Sequence record: PQ898602.1
Reading direction: 5' to 3' (one strand)
Length of the DNA: 64,000 nucleotides
Shown: positions 29,411 to 40,500 of the stretch, one piece after another
Layout: the number at the start of each line of letters is the position of its first letter
Numbering within the stretch: position 1 is the first letter of the stretch
Made by a program: the position numbers and the translations under genes
The notes under the pieces: generated by a model
The model's database searches: none
Told to the model about the DNA's origin: nothing
Seen by the model: the letters and a program-made list of their open reading frames with translations, nothing else

Positions 29411-32400
29411 ATGACCAAGCAGGTACAGCTAAGACGAGGTTCGCACTCGCAACATTCTACATTTACGGGTGCTGTTGGCGAACCAACTATCGATACAACT
29501 AATGTAGTAATCGTTATCCATGATGGGGTGACCGCAGGCGGTCATAGCATGGTCGGTGAAAAATCTGTCCAAGATATTGTTAATAAACGCACGATTGCGA
29601 TTGGAAAGTCAGAAGCGTCTGATGCACTAGACGCTCAACTGGATGTATTGGGTAATACTTTAGTTTCAGATGATGTTGATACTGGTGGATTAAAAGTTCT
29701 ATACAGAGCTCCTCTAGTAAGAACTGGTTTTACTAGTGCAACCTCAAGTACTCTTGTTACTTTATCGACAGCTACAGATATCAGAGCAGGTTGGGGAGTT
29801 ACTGCTAATAACGTTACTGTTGGTACACAAATTCTAGATGTAGACGTAGCTACAGGAATTGTAACCCTCACTGATTTAACCACAGATTCTACAGTCGAAT
29901 ATTCAGATGTTTACTTTACAGTAGCAAATGGAAGATCTATTAGTGGTATTGCTACTGATAGTTTAGAAGTAGGAGATATTATTGAAGATCCAGATGATCT
30001 CTTATTCTTCAGTGGAACTACAATTTCCGAAATTAGAGACGAAGAAATCATCATCAGTGGAAACACTGCAGGAACTACAACTGGTGTTAGTACCTTTAGT
30101 TGTACTGGTACTGCTGGTGGAACGACTCTTACACTAAGTAATACTTCTAGTTTGAATGATGGAGATCTTCTCCTAGCTGATGAAGTTTTCATTCCAGATA
30201 ATTGTAGTATCGTAACTGTTGATAGTGGCACTCAAATTACAATTAGTGCTGCACTACTTGATAGTGGAACAAACAACGTTGCTTTTGCATCACCAGTAAC
30301 AATCAAACACGTTTCAACTGGTATCGAAGAAGAATACGAATTCTTCTATCCTGATAGTGGTATTGCAACTATCACTAGAGCCTATATTAACGATGCAATA
30401 ATTGATACTCTTAATATCACCACTCTGAATGGTGGCAATCTCCAATTAGAAACTACTACTACCAATCTTGCTAACATCAACGTTGGTATTCATACTTTCG
30501 CATTTATTGGTACCTCATACGTTGATCAAGCAAATCTAAACGTTGCAATTACAACAAGTGCTTTTATTAGTTCTTCTTATATTAGCACTTCCTACGTCAA
30601 TGTTGCAATTACTACTGATGCATTCATCGGTACTGCATTTGTTGACAATGCAAATCTGAACGTTGGTATTCAAACCTTTGCGTTTATTTCGACTTCGTAT
30701 GTTGATGAACAAAATGTAAATCTTGGTCTTGCAACCGACTATACTTTCCAGACTAGTAGAAATATCCTTGGTCTAACTGATGTTGGTATTACTACCACTC
30801 AGTTTACAAATGTAGAATATGTAGATACCGCAAATATTAACCTTGGTATCTCCACTCTTGCAAGAATGTTTGATGCTCTTGCAGATAATATCAACATTGA
30901 CGTTGGTATTGCATCTTACTTCAATGCAGGATTTGCTGGTATTGATACCGCACAAATCAAGACTGGTTTCGGTACATTCTTCAATATCGAGAACTCTACA
31001 ATCGATAGTCTGTTTGTTGCAACAGGTATTGGTTCAACAACATTCTCAAACGAGTCTTATGTAGATCAAGGTTATATCAATGTCGGTATTATGACCGAAG
31101 TTGGTATTACAACCGCTAATATTGATAATGCAAATATCGATGTCGGTATCACTTCCGTAGGATTTGCAAATACAACGTATACAGATCATGAAAATGTAAA
31201 CGTTGGATTTACGACAACTGCATATCTTGATACTGCAAATATTAATGTAGGTATTGGTACAACTGTTGGTATTGCAAGTTTCAGAGCCGAAACTGCGTAT
31301 ATCGATGTTGGTATCGCAACCCAGATGACAGTCACGACTTCGATTGTCTCTGTTGGTCAGGCAACAACCTCCTTTACAGAAGAAGATTACGTTAATCTGT
31401 CCAATGTAAACACTGGGCTCACAACGATGTCCTTTGTTGAGACAGAATATGTCAATCTGTCTAACGTAAATGTTGGTATTGGTACAACTCTATTCCAAGA
31501 ACTTTCTTATACCGATACTGGATATGTAAGATCTGGTATTAACACCTATCTTGATGTAACTGGAATTGGTACAGTTCAAGATCTTAAGGCTGCAGTTGGT
31601 GTTATTACACAACTTACTGGTACCGATCTAAACTACACTGGATTCTCAACTATCGGTCAATTTACTGCAGGTGTTGGTAATACTGATGTTATCGTTGATG
31701 GTGATTTTAGAGTTTCTGGTCTCGTAACCTTTGGTCAAGGTGATGTAACCATTAATGATGATGGTGACCTCTATAATATTGGCACTTTGATGGCACCAGT
31801 TGGTGTTATCACCAATATGTCTGGTACCAACCTCAACTACACTGGTATTTCTACGATTGGTGTTGCATCTGCATCCCAAGTTACCATTACTGGACAAAAT
31901 ACTGCACTTAACCAAGATAAGTCGGTCAGAATCAAACTATCTAATGCAGGTATTGCATCTGACTATGACTTCATCTTACCTTCTAAATTTGGTAGTGCTG
32001 GTCAGTTACTTGCAATTCAAACTGACGGAACACTAGGTTTCACCACGAACGGCGCAGGTCTGTTTGAATCAAGATACTATGTTTCTGAACAGAATGGTTC
32101 TGACACTTTCGATGGTAGGGCACTTCCTGTTGCAACTATTAAGAAGGCAACACAACTTGCATCTTTTGACTCCTTCGTTATTCCTGGTCAGAGATACCTC
32201 GATGCAGGTGACCTGATTGAGAACAACGTAGACTTCATTGTTGAAGAAGCATTTGGTGCTCTAGAATTCAACTATGAGAATCTTACCACTGATTTCCCAG
32301 AATATAATAGAAATAACTGGAAGGATAAGATTGTCCTACTCCTAGAAAACCTCCAGTATGACATTAGATTCGGTGGTAATAGTAAAGCTGTTGAGACCGC

Positions 32401-35400
32401 AAAAGATCTCTATAAGAACGGAATTGAGTATTATGATGGAGAAGAGGTAATTGCAATCTACCTCTACAACTATATTAAGTTCATTGTTCAGTATATTGTA
32501 AATAACCAGACTCCTCCAACTCTTTATGGACCTGGTATTTCCACGACTGGTATTTCTTCTCAGACTCAGTACTTTGATCTGACGATCACTCAAGACCCCG
32601 AGAATACTAATCTCAACTACTTCCATACATCTAAGGATGCAAGAAATCTAATCCTTGCAAACAAACTGGAAATTGTTGATAAGTCTCTTGCAGCAATCGC
32701 TGTTGGTGTTACCAATGGTAATGACTTCTACTTCCCAGGTGATACTCAGAGCAACGAAAGATCTAGATTCTACTCTGCATATCGTCTGATCCAGAAGAAC
32801 AGACAAGAAATCATTGATTATGCATGGGCAGATACCGTTGCAACTTATCCTGGCATTTCTGCTACTGAAGATAAGTGTAAGAGAGACATTGGATATTTTG
32901 TTGACGCAGTTTCTACTGACGTATTCACTGGTGGTAACAACTACGCTAGATCGTTTGTTGGTTTCTACTTTGATAGTGGAGCACCTCTAGGAAATGGACT
33001 TCTCGGTGAAGAGGTTGAATCCAACCATGCATTTACCGAGGCTGCAGTTGGTATGTCTTCGGCACTTACCAACAACTTGACAATTGTTGATAACACCATT
33101 CCTGCTGACCCTGCAACTGGATCCAATACTGATACTGCATCTTGTGCTAACGTAAGATCTACAGTCAATACACTTCTCGGAATTGTTACCACTTCCGTTG
33201 CAGCAGGTTCTACTGCAGGTATTGGTACCACTAGTAACTATGGTTACTTCCTGATCTCCCCAACTCTAAACGTAAGTGATAGTGTTGGTATTGGATCTAC
33301 TAATATCTTCGGTGGTCGTAAGTGTGCAAGAGACCTCAACTACTTTGTTGATACAATTGCACAGGATATTGCTTTCGATAGTAATCAAAATACAATTTAC
33401 AGCACCAAACTATACTTCGATGGTGCAGGTAATCTACTCTCCAATGGTGTTGCTGGAGAACAATTCGAGTCAATACTTGCATTTAATGCATCCAGAGACT
33501 TGATGAAGAAGGCGATCACGAATCAGTTGAATAATCGTGATCTAACCGTTATTGCTGATAACAACACTGGATTTAATACCGATCCAAACTCCTGTTCTAC
33601 AACTCAGACTCAGATCGGTAACCTTGTCGGTATTCTGACTACCGCACTTGATACTGCATCTCTTGCAGGTATCGGTTCTACAAGTTTCGGTATCACAGAT
33701 TGTACTGATGTAAGACAAGCTCTTGTCAACTACATTGGTATTGTCACCGCAGTTATTGGTGCAGGATCTACTGCTGGTTTACCTGAAGTTGTACTACCAG
33801 AAACTCAGTCGAAACCAATTTGTATCTTCGTTGAGGCGGGTAACTACGTTGAAGACAACCCAATGATCGTCTATGATGACGTTGCGATCGTTGGCGACAA
33901 CCTAAGAAACACGATTATCAGACCTGCTAATGCTGGTAAGGACTTGTTCCGTGTTAGAAATGGTTGTTATGTTACTGGTTTCGCGATGAAGGATAACATC
34001 GACGCTGCTGGTGTTCCACAATTTACGTTTAAGAACGCAGTTGCATACGATGATCCTGCAGACCAATTCACTTCCAGAACTGGTTATGCAACGAAACTCG
34101 ATAAACCACTAATCACCAGATCTCCATACATCCAAAACTGCTCGATTCTATCGTTCTTGGGTGGTAATGGTATTCTTGTTGATGGTAACTTGGTTAGATC
34201 TCCAAACTCTCCAATTGTTGCGGAAGAGGCAGAAGTCGATCCAGATAACATTCAACCAGAACAGGGTAAATCCATGGTTGCTGCGGCATTTACCATGGTT
34301 TCCTTCGGTGGTATTGGTTGGCGTGTTATTAACGATGGTTATTCACAGGTTGTTTCCTGTTTCCAAATCTTCTGTAGATATGGTTCTCTAACCCAGTCTG
34401 GTGGTTACCTATCCATTACGAACTCCGCGACCAACTTCGGTCTGTTCGCACTAAGATCTACTGGATTCAGCCCAGCGTCCTTCAAGTTTGATAGAGGTAG
34501 AATTGCAGAGACTGGTACCTCTGGTGGTCTGACAACCCTCAAGGTTGTTGGTCTCGGTAACTCCACTCAGGACCTTTACGTTACAAGATTCTTTGATAAT
34601 GACAACAATGACGTAACCGCTAACTTCAAGACTTCTCCAACAGTTGTCGAGTTCATCGGTGCGGCATCTACTCAAGGTGGTGCAGTTGACCTGAACCTTG
34701 ATCAAATTACTCTAACTGCACACCCATTCCAGAATGGTGATTCTGTCATCTATGAAGGTGACGAACAAGATGTTCCTATCAGAGTTCTGGGTGGTCTGGT
34801 TTCTCAGAACCAGTATTACCTGAAGGTCATTGACGTTAATACAGTTGAGATCTTTGAGGATGATGGTCTTGCAACTAAGGTTAATCTGACCGAAACTACC
34901 ACTGGTATTAACACCTTCAAGAAGAATACTCAAGAATTCTTCGCTAGTGAAGTTCTAACGAGACATAACATCTATCAGAGTCTGACTCTTGCAACTGGAA
35001 TTGGAACAGTCAACTTTGTTTCTGGTAGACAAGTTACTCAGGCAATTTCTGGTGGTACCGCAGTTGGTATCGCACTGACATATAATAATTCATCCAGACA
35101 ACTGGTTGTTTCTGTTGAATTGTCTGGTGATGTTAGAAGAAACTTCCAGGTAACCGATGGTGTTAATAACCTGAATATTTCTTCTCACGATGGATCTCCA
35201 GTTTCCGCTGGTATTACTCAGATCACTGGTATTTCCACATATTGGACAACTAATTCTAAGATTGATTCTACCCTAACTGGTGGCAACATCGTTGGTGTTT
35301 CCAATCTACCCGAAACTTACAAACTACACTTCCACAGACCATCCATTATTAACTCCTCCTCACATACGTGGGAATATTCTGGATCTGGTGTTGACTATAA

Positions 35401-38400
35401 CGCACTACCACAAAACGGCGGTCAGACTGATACCAGTACTGAACAGGTTGCAGAAGGTGGTGGACGAGTCTTCTCCTCTGGTACTAACGAACTGGGTGAC
35501 TTTAAGATTGGTGACTTCATTACTGCGTTCAACAGAACTGGTAACATCATCTTCAACAACACTGTTTCGATTGGTAACTTGGATTCTATCCGACTATCAC
35601 TCTCTGGTGGTGTTGCTGTTGAAGAATTCTCCACAGACCAAGACCTCGGTGATAATGAAATCGGTGGTCCACTGAACAAGAGAGTTTCTACTCAGTTGGC
35701 AGTCAGAGGATTCCTCAACAACAGACTGGGTGGTTTCATCGATAAGAACGTATCTACCAACGCAGTTCCTGGTGCAATTGTCCAGTTGAACAACATTGGT
35801 CAGATCAACCCCGATCTAATTCCACCTAAGACGGTTAACTTCTTCAGATCGAAAGTTGATGATGGAAGAACTCAACTAGTCAACCAGATTCCTGCAGTTA
35901 ATCTACAAACTGGTGACACGGTTGTTGAACCATCCTTCAGTTATGTTCTTGTTACTGACGTTCTGTCTCAGTATCTGATTCTAGATAACGACACCATTTA
36001 TGACTTCAATAATGGTGATGAAGTCAAGGGTACAGTTTCTGATGGTGGTGCAGTTGGTATCGTTACCGCACCTCCTGCAATTGGCATTAACACTGATACA
36101 CTTTCCTTCCCAGAAGTTGGATATGGTTCAACGGGTCTTGTACGTGGTGTTGCATTAACACTAACGAACTTGACTGGTGGTACTGAATATCCTACCGCTG
36201 GTATCTACACGGGCGTCAGACTTGATACCGTCTCTGGTATTGGTACTGGTATTACTGGTGAAGTTACAGTTGGTGGTTCTGGAACAGTTACTTCTCTTGG
36301 TATTAACACTGGTGGTCGCAACTTCGCAGTTGGTGATGTTGTTACACTTTACGACCACTCGGAAGTTGGTGGTGCAGCAGGTGTAGGTACACCATTCACC
36401 GCAACAATCGGTCTTGTCGAAACAAGACTATATCTGAAACTAACCAATAACCAGAAGTTTACTGGTTCTGCTGTATTGACCGACTACATCGCTGACGGAA
36501 ACGCAGTTGCAATCACAACATCTCAGGTTGGTTCTGCAGTATCCTTCACCTTTACTCCAACTGATATTGCAGTTGGTGGTGATATTGACTTCGCTCAGGA
36601 TAGAATCCTTTGTGGTGCAGCAACTGCAGCACTATTCGAGAACGGAGACCCACTCTTCTTCACAGTTGATTCTGGAACTCCAATCTCTCCTCTTGCACTT
36701 GCAGATACTTACTACGTCAAGAAAGTTGGTGTTGGTACTACCGCAATTGAACTTTATACTAACTATGCTCTAACCACCAAGATCGACCTCGATGCATCTG
36801 GTACTGGTACTTCTAACAGACTGACTAGAAGAGCATTCGATGTTGATACAAATCAGATCGTAGTTCCTGCACACGGACTCACACAAGGTGATCCTCTGTA
36901 TGTTGATAAAGTTGGATCTGGAAGTTCCCTACCTACGGGTATTGATACAGGATTCTACTTCGCGGGTTCTATAACCACAAACTCCTTCACTCTACACGAT
37001 TCCAGACAGGACTCCTTGAACTCCATCAACGGACTTCTGTTTGCAACTCAGAACTTCAGTGCAGTAGGTTTCGGAACAGTTTCCTTCACGAAACAGAACG
37101 TCACTTACGAGGCAACAGTTAATACATCTTCTTCGGATGCAACTAACTGGTCCTTGAATGCAAGTTCTTCGATTGACGCATCTAACATCATTAGTGGTAC
37201 AGTTGATCCATCCAGACTTGGTTCTGGTGAGGCAAACACCGATACATTCCTAAGAGGTGATTCTTCTTTCCAGAAGGTAACTACCTCGGTTGGTATTGGT
37301 ACCACACAACCATTCGACGTAACTTCTACTCTAACCACATTCGCGCCTAACGGAGTTGGAATCAACACCTATCAAGGTAAGATTACACTTGGTCTGAATA
37401 GAGTTCAATCTACACTCGATGAGTATTCCACTCTGGGTATTGCTCAATACAAGTTGTCAACGTTTAGCGTTGGTGACGATGGTAGACTTCAAGTCAAGAA
37501 CGCAGCCTCGGGCGGCGATATTGACGCCGCAACCTTCGATGGTAATGGTTCTGCATTCTACCTAGACATCAACAACATTCAGGGTAATATCCCAATCGCT
37601 AGAGGTGGTACTGGTCTCCAGGCACTTCCATCGAATGGCGCAATCCTGATTGGTAATGGTGTTTCTTATGACCTGACCGCAAATCCTGAGTTCGCGGGCG
37701 ATGTTACCTTCTCTGGTGGTAACAATGCAATGGTACTCTCCGCGAACTGCGACTTCGCACTAACGAATAGTGGTACATGGACTGGAGAGAAATCATTTAA
37801 GATTCAGGCATACAACAGCAGTCTATATGCTCAGTATTCCAGTAACTTCATTCTAAGAAACTCTTCTGGTACTAATAGACTTACATTAACAGCCGCGGGC
37901 ACGCTTACGCTCGCGGGCACGGCTAGCATGTCCAGATTGACTCTAACTCAGGCAACTGGTACTGCACCAATGACCATTACGTCCACGACGTTGGTCAGCA
38001 ACCTGAACGCAGATAGAGTTGATAACCTCCACGCATCTTCGTTCCTGAGATCTGACGCGAACGATACCACGACTGGTCAAATCATCTTCACGAAGGCAAA
38101 TAACACTGGAAGTGGTGGCGGTCAGATTTACCTGAATGGTGGTACTGGCAACAGAATTGATTGGAACACCAATGGTGTTGCATCGCCAACCAATACCACC
38201 AGATCTGTTGGTACTAAGTTGGTTCTTTATCCTGCAGTCACCTCAAGCACCGTTGATTACGCACTTGGTATTGCGTCTGGTACACTTTGGTATTCAGTCA
38301 ATAGCACCTCTGCTGCTCATAAGTGGTATGGTGGTACTCAAACGATGATGTCCCTCTCGAGCAATAATCTTGACGTTACTGGAACCGTTAGAGGTACTCA

Positions 38401-39622
38401 GTTCATCTCCGATATCGCTCAAGGAACTGCACCATTCGTTGTTACTTCCACAACCAAGGTCACGAACCTCAACGCTGACCTACTTGATGGATTGAGCACA
38501 TCTTCCACCGCTACAACTGGAAGCAGCGTTGTTACTAGATCCAGTGGTAACTTCAGTGGAAATAACATTACCGCAAATCACTTCATCCGTGGTTCTCAAA
38601 TCGGTAACTCTTCTCTATCGATTTCTACAACTGATGGTGATAATGACTCGCATATTGCGCTTTCACACCCAGGCGGGCAGACATTTGGTATCCTGACATG
38701 GGATGCACAAACTTATCTGACTTCTGGAGTTTATTATAGTAATGGTGCTTGGGTCCACCAGAACTCCAATAATAACAACCAGATGTTTGTTCTGAATCCT
38801 GGTACTGGTGCCAGATGGTTCGCATCTAATAACGGATCTGGTTCTTGGAACGTTTCTTCTAATAAAACACTCTGGAATGACTCGGGCGTATGGCAACAAC
38901 CCCTGAATAGAACTCTAACCATGAACACCAGTGGTAATGGTATTTCTGGTTCTACATCATTCAACAACTCGGGCAATGCAACCTTCACGGTCACATCTAA
39001 CGCGACCTCGAGCAACGCTGTCAACTCGATTGTTTTTAGAAATGGTAGTGGTGATTTCAACGCCAGATATATTACTGCAGAGCGTTTCAGAGTTACTGCA
39101 GATACCAACACCAGACTAGAAAATGATCAATTGATTATTAGAGGTGGTTCACCAACCGTTATCTTCCGCGATACGAACCACAACTCTGGAATGGTCCATG
39201 TCAACTCTAACATCTTCTACGTCCTGCGTGGTGGTAATGATACGGAGTCTTGGACACAGGTCAACAGCGTCTGGCCTCTGCAGATCAACCTCACCAACAA
39301 CAATGCAACGTTTGGTGGAACAGTTACTGCATCGTCTGACGTAAGATTCAAGAAGAACATTACCACAATCGAAGGCGCGCTCGATAGAGTCCTGAGAATG
39401 CGTGGTGTATTCTTCGAGAGACTTGAAACACCTGGTACTGAGTGTGGTGTTATCGCCCAGGAGGTCCAGGAGGTTCTACCTGAAGTTGTTACCGAAACCG
39501 ATGGTGGACATCTGTCCGTCGCATACGGAAACATCTCAGGTCTCCTGATTCAAGCGATCAAGGAACAACAAGAGCAGATCGAAGAACTCCGTGAGGAGAT
39601 CAGAAAACTTAAGGGTGAGTGA
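29411..39622 (+). CDS. Long tail fibre with Mtd_N-like N-terminus, beta-helix domain and C-terminal S74 intramolecular chaperone
   Basis: 3403 aa. N-terminal QVQLRRG....STFTGAVGE.TIDT....IHDGVTAGG. Pectin-lyase-like beta-helix at about 33820-34500. C-terminal SDVRFKKNI..IEGAL..V..MRGV...GVIAQEVQEVLPEVV...VAYGNISGLLIQAIKEQQ plus coiled coil. Confidence 0.9.
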   Translation: MTKQVQLRRGSHSQHSTFTGAVGEPTIDTTNVVIVIHDGVTAGGHSMVGEKSVQDIVNKRTIAIGKSEASDALDAQLDVLGNTLVSDDVDTGGLKVLYRAPLVRTGFTSATSSTLVTLSTATDIRAGWGVTANNVTVGTQILDVDVATGIVTLTDLTTDSTVEYSDVYFTVANGRSISGIATDSLEVGDIIEDPDDLLFFSGTTISEIRDEEIIISGNTAGTTTGVSTFSCTGTAGGTTLTLSNTSSLNDGDLLLADEVFIPDNCSIVTVDSGTQITISAALLDSGTNNVAFASPVTIKHVSTGIEEEYEFFYPDSGIATITRAYINDAIIDTLNITTLNGGNLQLETTTTNLANINVGIHTFAFIGTSYVDQANLNVAITTSAFISSSYISTSYVNVAITTDAFIGTAFVDNANLNVGIQTFAFISTSYVDEQNVNLGLATDYTFQTSRNILGLTDVGITTTQFTNVEYVDTANINLGISTLARMFDALADNINIDVGIASYFNAGFAGIDTAQIKTGFGTFFNIENSTIDSLFVATGIGSTTFSNESYVDQGYINVGIMTEVGITTANIDNANIDVGITSVGFANTTYTDHENVNVGFTTTAYLDTANINVGIGTTVGIASFRAETAYIDVGIATQMTVTTSIVSVGQATTSFTEEDYVNLSNVNTGLTTMSFVETEYVNLSNVNVGIGTTLFQELSYTDTGYVRSGINTYLDVTGIGTVQDLKAAVGVITQLTGTDLNYTGFSTIGQFTAGVGNTDVIVDGDFRVSGLVTFGQGDVTINDDGDLYNIGTLMAPVGVITNMSGTNLNYTGISTIGVASASQVTITGQNTALNQDKSVRIKLSNAGIASDYDFILPSKFGSAGQLLAIQTDGTLGFTTNGAGLFESRYYVSEQNGSDTFDGRALPVATIKKATQLASFDSFVIPGQRYLDAGDLIENNVDFIVEEAFGALEFNYENLTTDFPEYNRNNWKDKIVLLLENLQYDIRFGGNSKAVETAKDLYKNGIEYYDGEEVIAIYLYNYIKFIVQYIVNNQTPPTLYGPGISTTGISSQTQYFDLTITQDPENTNLNYFHTSKDARNLILANKLEIVDKSLAAIAVGVTNGNDFYFPGDTQSNERSRFYSAYRLIQKNRQEIIDYAWADTVATYPGISATEDKCKRDIGYFVDAVSTDVFTGGNNYARSFVGFYFDSGAPLGNGLLGEEVESNHAFTEAAVGMSSALTNNLTIVDNTIPADPATGSNTDTASCANVRSTVNTLLGIVTTSVAAGSTAGIGTTSNYGYFLISPTLNVSDSVGIGSTNIFGGRKCARDLNYFVDTIAQDIAFDSNQNTIYSTKLYFDGAGNLLSNGVAGEQFESILAFNASRDLMKKAITNQLNNRDLTVIADNNTGFNTDPNSCSTTQTQIGNLVGILTTALDTASLAGIGSTSFGITDCTDVRQALVNYIGIVTAVIGAGSTAGLPEVVLPETQSKPICIFVEAGNYVEDNPMIVYDDVAIVGDNLRNTIIRPANAGKDLFRVRNGCYVTGFAMKDNIDAAGVPQFTFKNAVAYDDPADQFTSRTGYATKLDKPLITRSPYIQNCSILSFLGGNGILVDGNLVRSPNSPIVAEEAEVDPDNIQPEQGKSMVAAAFTMVSFGGIGWRVINDGYSQVVSCFQIFCRYGSLTQSGGYLSITNSATNFGLFALRSTGFSPASFKFDRGRIAETGTSGGLTTLKVVGLGNSTQDLYVTRFFDNDNNDVTANFKTSPTVVEFIGAASTQGGAVDLNLDQITLTAHPFQNGDSVIYEGDEQDVPIRVLGGLVSQNQYYLKVIDVNTVEIFEDDGLATKVNLTETTTGINTFKKNTQEFFASEVLTRHNIYQSLTLATGIGTVNFVSGRQVTQAISGGTAVGIALTYNNSSRQLVVSVELSGDVRRNFQVTDGVNNLNISSHDGSPVSAGITQITGISTYWTTNSKIDSTLTGGNIVGVSNLPETYKLHFHRPSIINSSSHTWEYSGSGVDYNALPQNGGQTDTSTEQVAEGGGRVFSSGTNELGDFKIGDFITAFNRTGNIIFNNTVSIGNLDSIRLSLSGGVAVEEFSTDQDLGDNEIGGPLNKRVSTQLAVRGFLNNRLGGFIDKNVSTNAVPGAIVQLNNIGQINPDLIPPKTVNFFRSKVDDGRTQLVNQIPAVNLQTGDTVVEPSFSYVLVTDVLSQYLILDNDTIYDFNNGDEVKGTVSDGGAVGIVTAPPAIGINTDTLSFPEVGYGSTGLVRGVALTLTNLTGGTEYPTAGIYTGVRLDTVSGIGTGITGEVTVGGSGTVTSLGINTGGRNFAVGDVVTLYDHSEVGGAAGVGTPFTATIGLVETRLYLKLTNNQKFTGSAVLTDYIADGNAVAITTSQVGSAVSFTFTPTDIAVGGDIDFAQDRILCGAATAALFENGDPLFFTVDSGTPISPLALADTYYVKKVGVGTTAIELYTNYALTTKIDLDASGTGTSNRLTRRAFDVDTNQIVVPAHGLTQGDPLYVDKVGSGSSLPTGIDTGFYFAGSITTNSFTLHDSRQDSLNSINGLLFATQNFSAVGFGTVSFTKQNVTYEATVNTSSSDATNWSLNASSSIDASNIISGTVDPSRLGSGEANTDTFLRGDSSFQKVTTSVGIGTTQPFDVTSTLTTFAPNGVGINTYQGKITLGLNRVQSTLDEYSTLGIAQYKLSTFSVGDDGRLQVKNAASGGDIDAATFDGNGSAFYLDINNIQGNIPIARGGTGLQALPSNGAILIGNGVSYDLTANPEFAGDVTFSGGNNAMVLSANCDFALTNSGTWTGEKSFKIQAYNSSLYAQYSSNFILRNSSGTNRLTLTAAGTLTLAGTASMSRLTLTQATGTAPMTITSTTLVSNLNADRVDNLHASSFLRSDANDTTTGQIIFTKANNTGSGGGQIYLNGGTGNRIDWNTNGVASPTNTTRSVGTKLVLYPAVTSSTVDYALGIASGTLWYSVNSTSAAHKWYGGTQTMMSLSSNNLDVTGTVRGTQFISDIAQGTAPFVVTSTTKVTNLNADLLDGLSTSSTATTGSSVVTRSSGNFSGNNITANHFIRGSQIGNSSLSISTTDGDNDSHIALSHPGGQTFGILTWDAQTYLTSGVYYSNGAWVHQNSNNNNQMFVLNPGTGARWFASNNGSGSWNVSSNKTLWNDSGVWQQPLNRTLTMNTSGNGISGSTSFNNSGNATFTVTSNATSSNAVNSIVFRNGSGDFNARYITAERFRVTADTNTRLENDQLIIRGGSPTVIFRDTNHNSGMVHVNSNIFYVLRGGNDTESWTQVNSVWPLQINLTNNNATFGGTVTASSDVRFKKNITTIEGALDRVLRMRGVFFERLETPGTECGVIAQEVQEVLPEVVTETDGGHLSVAYGNISGLLIQAIKEQQEQIEELREEIRKLKGE
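30470..31550 (+). repeat. Pentapeptide-period protein repeat array in the tail fibre
   Basis: ANINV GIHTF AFIGT SYVDQ ANLNV AITTS AFISS SYIST..., a 5-residue register with about 20-residue super-repeats. Confidence 0.75.
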
Positions 39623-39638
39623 TAACTCACTCTCCGTT

Positions 39639-39646
39639 TATAAATA
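39639..39646 (+). promoter_or_regulatory. Perfect T4 late promoter TATAAATA for g13
   Basis: Exact consensus, about 28 nt upstream of the g13 ATG. Confidence 0.85.
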
Positions 39647-39673
39647 CCTCTAGGAAACTAGGGGTATTTTTTT
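39645..39673 (+). terminator. Rho-independent terminator after the tail fibre gene
   Basis: TACCTCTAG-GAAA-CTAGGGGTA is a 9-bp stem with a GNRA loop, followed by T7. Confidence 0.8.
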
Positions 39674-39674
39674 T

Positions 39675-40499
39675 ATGGCGCAGCCATCTAGTAGAGCGGA
39701 GTTGAAAGAATACTGCCTAAAACAACTAGGTAAGCCAGTTTTAGAAATTAACGTAGATGATGATCAAATTGATAATTTGATGGATGATGCAATCCAGTAT
39801 TTTCATGAACATCATTTTGATGGTATTGATAGAGTATTTCTGAAACACAAACTAACTCCCGCAACCAAAGATACACTTACCCAAGCAGGAGTCTCTACAA
39901 CAACCTCCGCAAGCGTTGTAGGGGCGGGATTGAGTACGATTCAATATACTGAAGGTGTCAACTACCTACCCCTGCCAGACACGATTATAGGCGTCAATCA
40001 GGTATTGAAGATCGATCAGAATACTATTTCTGCAGGTCTGTTTAATATCAAATATCAGTTATTTTTGAATGACGTTTATTACTATGGTGCTCTCGATCTA
40101 TTGAATTATTCAATGGTCAAGAGATATTTGGAAGATCTCGATTTCTTACTAAATCCTAAGACACAAGTCAGATTTAATAAGGCAAACCACAAATTATACT
40201 TGGATGTTGATTGGAACAACGTAGGTCAGAACGAGTATCTGGTCATTGATTGTTTCAGAATCTTGGATGGCGCAGATGCACCAAAACTCTATAACGATTC
40301 CTGGTTGAAGAAATATCTAACCGCATTGATTAAGAAACAATGGGGTATGAACATGATGAAATTCCAAGGTGTTACTCTACCAGGTGGAGTTCAATTAAAT
40401 GGAAGACAAATCTATGAAGATGGTGTTCAAGAGATAGAAAAACTAGAGCTCAAACTCAGAACTGATTATGAACTCCCACCAATGGATCTAATAGGTTGA
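39675..40499 (+). CDS. g13: Neck protein gp13
   Basis: 274 aa. PSSRAELKEYCLKQLGKPVLEINV, WLKKYLTALIKKQWG, GVTLPGGVQLNGRQIY and YELPPMDLIG motifs. Confidence 0.95.
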   Translation: MAQPSSRAELKEYCLKQLGKPVLEINVDDDQIDNLMDDAIQYFHEHHFDGIDRVFLKHKLTPATKDTLTQAGVSTTTSASVVGAGLSTIQYTEGVNYLPLPDTIIGVNQVLKIDQNTISAGLFNIKYQLFLNDVYYYGALDLLNYSMVKRYLEDLDFLLNPKTQVRFNKANHKLYLDVDWNNVGQNEYLVIDCFRILDGADAPKLYNDSWLKKYLTALIKKQWGMNMMKFQGVTLPGGVQLNGRQIYEDGVQEIEKLELKLRTDYELPPMDLIG

Positions 40500-40500
40500 T

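Noticed and set aside
29411-29560. Mtd_N-like domain suggesting a diversity-generating retroelement
   Set aside because: No reverse transcriptase in the window, and the repeat pairs found do not differ specifically at adenines (no TR/VR pattern).
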